A stretch of 19,657 nt of DNA from the NCBI GenBank assembly GCA_051382305.1, contig JBBCAV010000141.1, positions 1-19,657 of the forward strand, in the 5' to 3' direction. The notes under the pieces are model-generated. The model saw only the letters and a program-made list of their open reading frames with translations. It was not told the origin of the DNA and did not search any database. Source of the DNA: Bdellovibrionota bacterium FG-2 (GTDB lineage Bacteria > Bdellovibrionota > UBA1018). Position 1 is the stretch's first letter, and each line of letters starts with the position of its first letter. Of this stretch, positions 1-7,398 are shown piece after piece. A program made the position numbers and the translations under genes.

Positions 1-207
1 TTGGTTTACGTGATACCGCTATTGTGCGGCCAACACACTGCGGATAAAATCGATATCGCGCTCAGCAATGTTTCCCACCAGGAGATGATCACGAAAATCG
101 CAAATGAGATCCCACCGACCCTGCGCCAATTGCGCCGCCGCCTGCTCAATCCTACTTGGAAAAGGGTACCAAAAACCGGGAATCCAAAGCGCTTCACGGC
201 GGGCTGA
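1..207 (+). CDS. 3' end of an ORF entering from the left edge; possibly the C-terminus of a transposase
   Basis: Frame +1 is open from base 1 to TGA at 205-207. The pattern LVxxIPxLxGxxTxxxIxxALxxV...TLxxxRRxL resembles, from memory only, the C-termini of poorly classified transposases. It ends 11 bp before the point where cheY is cut off. Confidence 0.45.
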   Translation: MVYVIPLLCGQHTADKIDIALSNVSHQEMITKIANEIPPTLRQLRRRLLNPTWKRVPKTGNPKRFTAG

Positions 208-218
208 ATTTCTACGCC
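1..218 (+). mobile_element. Putative right end of an IS-like element inserted into the cheY-like gene
   Basis: CheY homology stops abruptly at CTAG (219-222). On the minus strand the foreign sequence continues as (TA)GGGCGTAGAAATTCAGCC. The other end lies outside the window, so inverted repeats and target duplication cannot be confirmed. Confidence 0.45.
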
Positions 219-554
219 CTAGTTACTCACTCCCAATTTTGCGGCTTCCATGACTTGACTCGGTTGGGCTTCGGCAGTGACCATAAGGAAGGGCAGGTCA
301 AGAAAATTGGGGTGACTCCGAACCTTACGCAGAAACTCGATCCCGGTGCCGCCCTCCATGTTCCAGTCCGATATGATCAACTCAAAAGCCATGCCTTGAG
401 CGCAGTTTTCAACGAGCGTGTTGAAGGCCCGCTCCCCATTATCCGTTTCATTGATCTGCCCCAAGAATCCGATCGCACGTAGAGCCGTTCTTACCGCCGC
501 TCGCTGTGATTTCATATCGTCGACAATCAGAATGCGCGTACTGGGTGAAAACAT
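219..554 (-). pseudogene. CheY-like single-domain response regulator, truncated at the C-terminus
   Basis: Receiver motifs ILIVDD, ISDWNM (phospho-Asp) and MVTAE are present, with an AGGAGG RBS upstream. The protein ends GVSN* where Y-x-x-K-P and helix 5 should follow, and no frame supplies KP at the expected position. Confidence 0.8.
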
Positions 555-566
555 GAGTCCTCCTGT

Positions 567-1724
567 TCACTCAAGGTCGTGCGTAAGGTATCGTCCTAGA
601 TTGCCCTGTTTTGTTTCGACTGCCTTATTTAAGGTTAAGGTCTTGCCCACGGCGTGGCCTGCATAAAAAGAAGAGTTATCGATGCCTTGCCAAGAAGTGA
701 TTTTCGTAGTGATCCGCTGATAAATTTGAGAGATATACTCTGCCAAATGGGGGTCTTTCTTAAATTTCGCGATGGCTGTTCCCACGATGGCTGTTCCCAC
801 GATGGCTGTCTCTTGTTCAGTGGGGCGCTCCGCCTGTTCAAGCTTTTCGATAAAACCTTCGAGAATGCCCAGACGATAGGATTTTCGTCGCAAACGCGAG
901 AGGCGCTGTTTGTTTACTTTTGTGGCTTCACGAACCCAGAAATCGGTCTGATGCATTAGAAAATGATAAACATACTCGGCCATGAGTGCATTCTCACGGG
1001 TGCCGATAATTTCGATGGCCCGATGACGCTCGCTTGAGGCCGCATCGAATTGGCTGAAGGTCAGCACTTGGACGAAAAAGTGCCCCACGAGAATTCCGAT
1101 AATCTTGTCTTGATGGGCCTCGATGCGCTTCTTGCCATGGCAGATCAGAATATGCGCGAAGCGGGATTTTGCGCCTTGGAGCCCCTGTTCGGCCGCTTGC
1201 TCTAGGTTATACTTTGCATAGAGTTCGCGCACCTTGTTCATGGCGAGCAGGGCTTCATGTTCATTATTGGAAGTCGCAAGCGCCAAAAGTTTCTTTACTT
1301 TCTCAAGCAGTTTCTCGGTGGTTTCGTCACCTTTTTCCTGGCGCCAGTCTAAGGCGTTTATCTTGAGATTCGCACTCGCCCCAGAAAATTCCTCAGGAAC
1401 CCCCATCATGCGACACCCTAAGCGAAACGCCTCTCCGTGAGGGAGGCTTTTGGAGCGCCCCTGAACAAAGCATTCATCTACCCATTGGTGGGCCATTTCA
1501 TGGCGGAAAATGCCCAAAACCTGAAACCAGGAGTGATTCTGAATTAAATTCTTGGAAAGCCGAATCGTGCGGGTGAGGGGCTCCCAGCAGCCCCAATGGG
1601 TTTCCGAATCAAACAAAGCGATGGCAGTAGGGCGCATGTCAATACGTCTGCGGTAAAGAAGTGAGCGATATTCACGGTAGAGTTCTTGAAGAACGCCGCG
1701 CTCCCATTCATACACGGCTTGCAT
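567..1724 (-). CDS. SprT-like HExxH zinc metalloprotease domain fused to a DUF2786 domain
   Basis: HEMAH zinc motif with a downstream HGEAF. KLLEKVKKLLALATSNNEHEALLAMNK matches the DUF2786 pattern. The ATG overlaps the macB stop (TAATG). Confidence 0.8.
   Translation of the reverse strand: MQAVYEWERGVLQELYREYRSLLYRRRIDMRPTAIALFDSETHWGCWEPLTRTIRLSKNLIQNHSWFQVLGIFRHEMAHQWVDECFVQGRSKSLPHGEAFRLGCRMMGVPEEFSGASANLKINALDWRQEKGDETTEKLLEKVKKLLALATSNNEHEALLAMNKVRELYAKYNLEQAAEQGLQGAKSRFAHILICHGKKRIEAHQDKIIGILVGHFFVQVLTFSQFDAASSERHRAIEIIGTRENALMAEYVYHFLMHQTDFWVREATKVNKQRLSRLRRKSYRLGILEGFIEKLEQAERPTEQETAIVGTAIVGTAIAKFKKDPHLAEYISQIYQRITTKITSWQGIDNSSFYAGHAVGKTLTLNKAVETKQGNLGRYLTHDLE
770..809. repeat. Perfect 15-bp tandem repeat CGATGGCTGTTCCCA, about 2.7 copies, in frame (TAIVG-TAIVG-TAI)
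   Basis: Read directly: units at 770-784 and 785-799, partial unit at 800-809. Confidence 0.95.
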
Positions 1725-3704
1725 TACTCGTACCTCAGTGCATCGATCGGCCTGAGCCTTGATGCTTTACGCGCAGGATAGATTCCAAAAATAATCCCAA
1801 TGGAAGCTGAAAAGAAGAATGATACGATGACTGACATTGGCGAAATCGAAGTCGTCCAACCTGCCACTTTCGACAAAATGACCGTGATGGCCCACCCGAG
1901 CAGGATTCCGATGAGTCCGCCGATGGCGCTGATAACGACACTTTCAGCTAAAAATTGCGAGAGAATATCCCAGCGCCTTGCACCGATTGCTTTCCTAAGT
2001 CCGATCTCGCGCGTGCGCTCGGTGACTGAGACGAGCATGATGTTCATAATCCCTATGCCGCCCACCAGGAGCGAAATTGCCGCAATGGACGCCAAAAGTG
2101 CGCCCATCGTTTTGCTACTTTCCGAGAGCGCGGCCTGAATGTCTGCCATATTGCGAATCTGAAAAGCGTCTTCAGTTTGCGAGACCGGAATCTTATGACG
2201 GCTGCGCATAAGCTCCATTGTCGTGTCTTGCACAGAATCTATGTCGGTGGCGGTTAACGCTTCAATGTCAATCGAATCAACATAGGTCTTGCCAAACACT
2301 CGATGCATCGCCGTGAGTACGGGAATCAGCAAGATGTCATCTTGGTCCCTAAAACCGGTGGCGCCTTTTTCAGGGAGAATGCCGATGACTTGAAAGTTGA
2401 TCTTGTTGATCTTGATCATTTCGCCAATGGGATTTTGCTCGCCGAAAAGCTCCCGAACTAGAGTTTTGCCTATCACGGCAACGCGCTGACGTTTCTGATT
2501 CTCATCATCGGAGAAAAAACGTCCAATTTCTGGCTCTGAGGCATGCATTTGGGCATAGGCCGTAGAGACCCCACTGACCTGCGTGCTCCAATTTTTATTG
2601 AGAAACGTGATTTGCCCGCGGCCATTTGAAGTGGGAGCGGTTTGGCGAACGCCGGGAATTTTGTCTCTAATCTCTTGGGCGTCTTCGACGGTAAGGCGGG
2701 CAATCGCACCGGCCCCTTGGCTCACGCCTCCCACGCGAACGCCGCCGGAGCGGAGAACTAAGAGATTCGAGCCTAAAGAAGCGAGTTGTTGCTCAATTGC
2801 TTTTTGAGCCCCGCGGCCTAAGGCGAGCATCGCAACCACCGCTGCCACGCCAATAAGAATGCCCAACATCGAGAGCCCCGTGCGAATTTTGTTGGCGAGT
2901 AGCGTTTTGAAGCCCTGATGAAAATACTCCCAGGCCTCTGCTAGGGGTTTGCCCTTTTTTTCGACCCCGTTTAGTTTTTGGGTTCGCGCGGCTTGTTGAG
3001 AGTTCTCGTTCCAATGCTCTGTCTTCTCGTCTGAAACAATCCGACCATCGCGCATTCGAATCAGACGATGGGCTTGATGCCCAATCTCTTCTTCGTGGGT
3101 CACGATCACAATCGTGATTCCTGACGTATTGAGCTGCTTGAGGATGCTCATGATTTCTTTTTCGCTGGCCGAATCGAGGTTCCCGGTGGGCTCGTCTGCC
3201 AGAATCATGCGGGGGTTGTTTACCAGCGATCGCGCAATCGCTACGCGTTGTTGTTGGCCGCCAGAGAGTTCGTTGGGGCGGTGGTGCATGCGCGGCGTGA
3301 GGCCCACTTGCTCAAGGGGGGGGTTTGCCTTTTTCGGTGTTCAATTGTTTTTCGCTATAAAGGAGGGGGAGTGCGACATTTTCGAGCGCGTTCATGCGCG
3401 GCAATAAATTGAACTGTTGAAAAATAAACCCTATAGCTTGTCGTCTCAAAACGGCCAATTCGTCTTCTTTGAGGGTTGAAACTTCTTTTCCATTCAAAAG
3501 GTAGGAGCCTGAATCAGGAGTGTCGAGAAGCCCCAAGATGTGCATGAGGGTGGATTTCCCGGATCCTGAAGGGCCCATGATAGCCACAAATTCGCCATCT
3601 TCAATTTTTATCGAGGCCCCTTTCAGTGCGTAGACCACGTTGGGCGCGCCATGGGGGTCTTTTCCCATCACATACTTTTTTTCGAGATCTCGAATTTCGA
3701 TCAT
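1724..3704 (-). CDS. macB: MacB-type ABC transporter, fused ATPase and permease, split into two ORFs by one extra base at about 3316-3323
   Basis: 3312..3704 carries Walker A GPSGSGKS and the Q-loop FIFQQFNL. 1724..3307 carries [17 protein letters not shown] and the MacB permease motifs ([27 protein letters not shown]...ALRYE). Deleting one C from the C8 run joins them into a 659-aa ORF reading [11 protein letters not shown]. Confidence 0.9.
3316..3323. repeat. G8 (C8 on the coding strand) homopolymer at the macB frame break
   Basis: Coding strand reads AAA CCC CCC CCT TGA GCA AGT GGG. Confidence 0.95.
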
Positions 3705-3705
3705 G

Positions 3706-4695
3706 CTAATGGGCGCCGCCGCCGCTGCGCGGGCGCGATCCTCCCATAGGTGAGAAAGGCGATGAGGGGTTGCCCCGGTCGGATTTTGTTTTTACCACAG
3801 GGACGAGAATCGTATCTTGCTCTGTGAGTCCGGAGAGAATTTCGGTGCGTTTACCATCGGTGATTCCGATTTCAAGTGGGATCTCTTTGGGCGGTCCACG
3901 GTCCTGAGAAGGGGAAAGGACGATAAATTTCCCTTTTTCCATCTTGAGCGCCTCTGTGGGAACGACCAGCGCATTCTCTTTGGCTGCGACATAAAAGGTC
4001 ACGTTGGCGGTCATTCCGCTTCTCATATACTCGGGGGTTGTATCTGGGAGAACATCGACGATGTAGGTCGTGACGTTATTGACTGTTTTTGCCTCAAAGG
4101 CAATTTGGTCGACATGGGCTTCAATGTTTTGTTTAGCGTAGGCGTCTAAGATAATGGCCGCTTTTTGCTTGAGTTTGATTTGCGCGATATCCGTTTCGTC
4201 GACTTGGGCTTTAATCGTGAGGCGATCCGACATGACAAAGATGGAGTCTTGCGCCGTGAAGGTTTGCCCGGGCTCGATGTTTCTCAAGATAAGAGTACCG
4301 TTAATAGGCGCGAGCACCGGCGTAGGGCGATAGAGTCCTTGCCACTTTTGCAGTTCCTCGGGGCCCTTTGAACGAGCGGCATCGAGCAGCGCGGCGCGCT
4401 CTGTTGAACTCATCCAAGCAAGCAGTTGGCCGCGTTTGAGGTGGACGCCTTCTTTGACAAGCACCTCTTCAACCCGCCCTGCAATAGGGGGTTTGATTTC
4501 GACTCGGTTTTCGGGCTGGACGACTCCGGTGCTGAGAATGGTGACTTCGAGGTCGGTGCGCGTGGGTTTTACTTCCTTAAAAGCTTTTTCGGCGGTGTTG
4601 TTTTTTTTGTAGAGGTGTAAGCCGCCAGAGGCAACGACGAGTGCCAAGCTTACGGTTAAGATGAGCGGCTTTTTACGGAGGTTCGAAATATTCAA
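3706..4695 (-). CDS. macA: MacA-type periplasmic adaptor (membrane fusion protein)
   Basis: N-terminal TM segment; lipoyl-like motifs IKPPIAGRVEEVLVKEG and APINGT; VDETDIAQIK; SGMTANV; GITDG. TTG start with an AAGGAG RBS, overlapping the tolC stop. Confidence 0.85.
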   Translation of the reverse strand: MNISNLRKKPLILTVSLALVVASGGLHLYKKNNTAEKAFKEVKPTRTDLEVTILSTGVVQPENRVEIKPPIAGRVEEVLVKEGVHLKRGQLLAWMSSTERAALLDAARSKGPEELQKWQGLYRPTPVLAPINGTLILRNIEPGQTFTAQDSIFVMSDRLTIKAQVDETDIAQIKLKQKAAIILDAYAKQNIEAHVDQIAFEAKTVNNVTTYIVDVLPDTTPEYMRSGMTANVTFYVAAKENALVVPTEALKMEKGKFIVLSPSQDRGPPKEIPLEIGITDGKRTEILSGLTEQDTILVPVVKTKSDRGNPSSPFSPMGGSRPRSGGGAH

Positions 4696-6017
4696 GGCAG
4701 GACTCCTTTACCTAAAACTTGTTCCCAGGCGGCTTCAGTTAGGAATTGATTTTGGGCGCTTTGCAGTCGGGCTTTTTCGCGTACAATGAGGTCGTTTTCG
4801 ATGACGTCCCAATCCTCAAAGGTGAGGAGCCCGTTATTGTATTTCTCACGAGCGATCTGCGCGCGAGTCAACGCGGCTTCATAAAAAAGATCATCGACTT
4901 TTTTCTTCTCAATCGCTTCGGTAAAATTCGTAAGCGCTTGCTGAATTCGTGTGAGCAATTCTTGATCGACGCTTAAGCGATTTTGGGAAGCCGCAAGAAA
5001 TAAGGCACTCGAACTTTTTGCAGTAAAGTAGTCTTTGAAACCCGAAAAAAGAGGGAAACTCAGGGTGAGGGCCGCGGACCAGCGCTCGGTACCAAAACCA
5101 TAGCCTGAACCTTGCGTTCCCAGCGAGCCCGAAAAACCTAGACTTGGATAAAATGCCGCATACGAAGCGGAGAGTGTATTTTGGGAGAGATCTTCTTTTA
5201 AGATGGCTTGTTGATGATCGGGCGTGGCTGCCGCCAAGGATCTTAGATCTACTCCAGCTGGGGGAGGGGAGAGGAACTGTGGGAGTTGGGTGGCTTGGAG
5301 TTTGTCAAAGTCGGGACGCCCTAAAACTTTTGCTAATTGAGTTTGGGTCGTCTTGAGATTGTTTTGCGCCTGCAAGTGCTCAAGGGCCGATTGTGCGAGG
5401 TAGGCCTTGGAGAGCAGGACCGATCCTTTGTTTTCGCGGCCACTATCAAAGCGGAGTTCCACAAGATGGAGATTTTCCTCGCGTCTTAAGGTAATTGCGC
5501 GCGTGAGTTCTAATCCTTTTTGCGAAAAATAGAGGCCGCAATAACTGGTTTTAAGGTCATAACTGACCTTTGAACGGGCCAGTTGCAGTGCGACTCGTGA
5601 GAGGTCTTCATTTTTCTTGGCTGTTGTAAGGCGTATTTGATCTTGAAAGCCCGAAAAAAGGTTCTGATTGACGGTCGCCGAGGCGGAAGAGTTCGTCTTA
5701 GAAGTGCTCGCAAAACCGCTCGTGTAAGTCGTCGCATTATTCCAGCTCGTGCCCACGTTCCCGCTGAGCGTCGGCAAGAACCCATTAAAAGAGCCCTGCG
5801 TGAGAGATTCAAAGGAGCGCAAGCTTTCGCGGGCAGCTTGAAGCTCTGCATTTGATAATGAGGTCTCTTTGATCGCTTCTTCGAAACTCAGGGCGGGAGC
5901 AGCGGGCGCGGAACTATGGGCTGCGCCAGAATAGAGTGTGGCGATCAAGAGGATTGCAAGTGAGGCCAGATCGGTGAGTTTGGGAGTATTTTTTATGGCA
6001 ATCATTTTGGCGTTCAT
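4692..6017 (-). CDS. TolC-family outer-membrane efflux protein
   Basis: Signal peptide, two OEP-like repeats (FLPTLS...NLFSG and FYPSLG...FPLFSG) and long helical segments; first gene of the macA/macB operon. The start could be 6017 or 6005. Confidence 0.88.
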   Translation of the reverse strand: MNAKMIAIKNTPKLTDLASLAILLIATLYSGAAHSSAPAAPALSFEEAIKETSLSNAELQAARESLRSFESLTQGSFNGFLPTLSGNVGTSWNNATTYTSGFASTSKTNSSASATVNQNLFSGFQDQIRLTTAKKNEDLSRVALQLARSKVSYDLKTSYCGLYFSQKGLELTRAITLRREENLHLVELRFDSGRENKGSVLLSKAYLAQSALEHLQAQNNLKTTQTQLAKVLGRPDFDKLQATQLPQFLSPPPAGVDLRSLAAATPDHQQAILKEDLSQNTLSASYAAFYPSLGFSGSLGTQGSGYGFGTERWSAALTLSFPLFSGFKDYFTAKSSSALFLAASQNRLSVDQELLTRIQQALTNFTEAIEKKKVDDLFYEAALTRAQIAREKYNNGLLTFEDWDVIENDLIVREKARLQSAQNQFLTEAAWEQVLGKGVLP

Positions 6018-6152
6018 AGCGTGAGTCTGTTTCTACCTCCGATTGGAGGGTTCGTCCATGAAATCGGGGGAATGAAGGCAATCGCTTGCGGCTGAGTGAC
6101 GCGTTGCAACTGGCAATCTTTTTTGCTTCTTCCTCGTTTTCCTAGCAAACTA

Positions 6153-6171
6153 GAAACTCAAAAGGAGTTTC
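6153..6171 (+). promoter_or_regulatory. Hairpin GAAACTC-AAAAG-GAGTTTC overlapping the Shine-Dalgarno of the 6172 gene
   Basis: Perfect 7-bp stem ending immediately before the ATG. AAGGAG (6162-6167) lies half in the loop and half in the stem. Confidence 0.45.
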
Positions 6172-7398
6172 ATGGGACCGGAGCGTCACCTTCTTACAAA
6201 ACGGATTCTGATTTTTTTTGCAACCTTAGTTGGCGCCTTGGCGAGTATTGCTCTGATTCGCGATACTGCGTATAATGGCCATGATTTTCAGGTTTTTTGG
6301 AATGCGTCGCGTGCTCTTTTGCAGGGTTCTTCTCCCTATGAGGTGGGCGCGGATTCGGGAATGGTTTTCAAGTACCCACCATGGATTTTGCCCTTTTTTG
6401 TTCCTTTGGCGTTTTTTGATTTATCGCTGGCTAAATGGCTTTGGGGGATCATCGAAGTTTCAGCGCTTGGGTTTGTTGGACTTTGGGTTTTTCGTTGCTT
6501 GCGGGGCGTTTGGTCTTCTTGGGGCGCGGGCGCACTTGTTTTTGGGGTCGGACTTTTATTTTGGGGGCTTTGGGCGGTGCATGCGCTTGATGGTCAAGTC
6601 GCGTTGCCTCTGCTTGCGCTTCTTTTGTGGGCGATTCCCCCCGGTAAGAATGAAAGAGTTACGCCCGGGAAGACGGCTTGGATGTTGTTGTTTCTTACGA
6701 CCAAAGTCTTTACGATTTTTGCGGGACTTGGACTCCTGAGGCGGCTGAGTGCGAAGGGGCTGTTCTTTTTCTTGATTTTGTGCGGATTGCTTTCCACACC
6801 TGCACTTTTTGTCTATTCTCAGCGGGGTTCAGTGCCGCCTGCTTACGCTTTGGTTCCTTATAGCTTGGTTCCCTATAAATTGGTTCAAGGATGGGCCCAG
6901 GCGGCCAACTCAGGGGCGGATCGGTTGGGGCTCGATCATATTCGAGGGCGCGCCAATCAGGGTTTGCCGGGAATGATCTTAAGACATTTTGGGCCCGCGC
7001 AAGCTGGCACTGGCAGCGAGATTCTCTTGTTTCTTGCTCTTTCATTGGTTCTAGGCGGCTGGTGGTGGTGGCGTGCGGGCAAGGGGCATCGGAGTCGCGA
7101 GGAAGCCTGGGCGGGCTGGCTTGCGCTCTCTCCGGTCGTGCACCCGCTACCGTGGTGGCATCTTTTTGTTTGGGCGTTTCCATTAGCAGTATTTGCAATC
7201 GCTGCTGCTTTGAGGGCAAAATCGAATTCGAAACTCGCGTTATCTTTGCTTGGTATGGTGTTGCTTTGTTTTGCGACTGAGAAGGTTTTGGGTTCGCTAG
7301 GAGCTTCGCTTGAAATGGTTTCGGTAAAGTCTTGGGGAGTGTTGGTTTTGATTTTTGTTTTGAGTACATCGAAGGAGAGGCTTGCCCGTGAAAAATAA
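6172..7398 (+). CDS. GT87/DUF2029-like polytopic membrane glycosyltransferase (GT-C fold)
   Basis: DFxVFWxA...G.SPY, FKYPP, GQV, a conserved K (TTKVF), NQGL and P..W.H motifs, with about 10 hydrophobic segments. Confidence 0.8.
   Translation: MGPERHLLTKRILIFFATLVGALASIALIRDTAYNGHDFQVFWNASRALLQGSSPYEVGADSGMVFKYPPWILPFFVPLAFFDLSLAKWLWGIIEVSALGFVGLWVFRCLRGVWSSWGAGALVFGVGLLFWGLWAVHALDGQVALPLLALLLWAIPPGKNERVTPGKTAWMLLFLTTKVFTIFAGLGLLRRLSAKGLFFFLILCGLLSTPALFVYSQRGSVPPAYALVPYSLVPYKLVQGWAQAANSGADRLGLDHIRGRANQGLPGMILRHFGPAQAGTGSEILLFLALSLVLGGWWWWRAGKGHRSREEAWAGWLALSPVVHPLPWWHLFVWAFPLAVFAIAAALRAKSNSKLALSLLGMVLLCFATEKVLGSLGASLEMVSVKSWGVLVLIFVLSTSKERLAREK
6844..6888 (+). repeat. Imperfect 15-bp tandem repeat, 3 copies, encoding YALVP-YSLVP-YKLVQ
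   Basis: TTGGTTC recurs at 6850, 6865 and 6880. Confidence 0.8.

Noticed and set aside
219..221. Amber readthrough or recoded TAG in cheY
   Set aside because: The sequence after TAG (GVEIQPAVKR) does not restore the x-x-K-P motif, and TAG is used as a normal stop elsewhere (macA, HUH gene).
770..809. CRISPR array
   Set aside because: The units are contiguous 15-mers without spacers inside a CDS, and there are no cas genes.
6076..6127. Sigma54 promoters (TGGCAATC...TTGC and AGGCAATC...TTGC)
   Set aside because: GG-to-GC spacing is 11 and 9 nt rather than the strict 10. The 11-nt site would fit only if the T6 run is miscalled.
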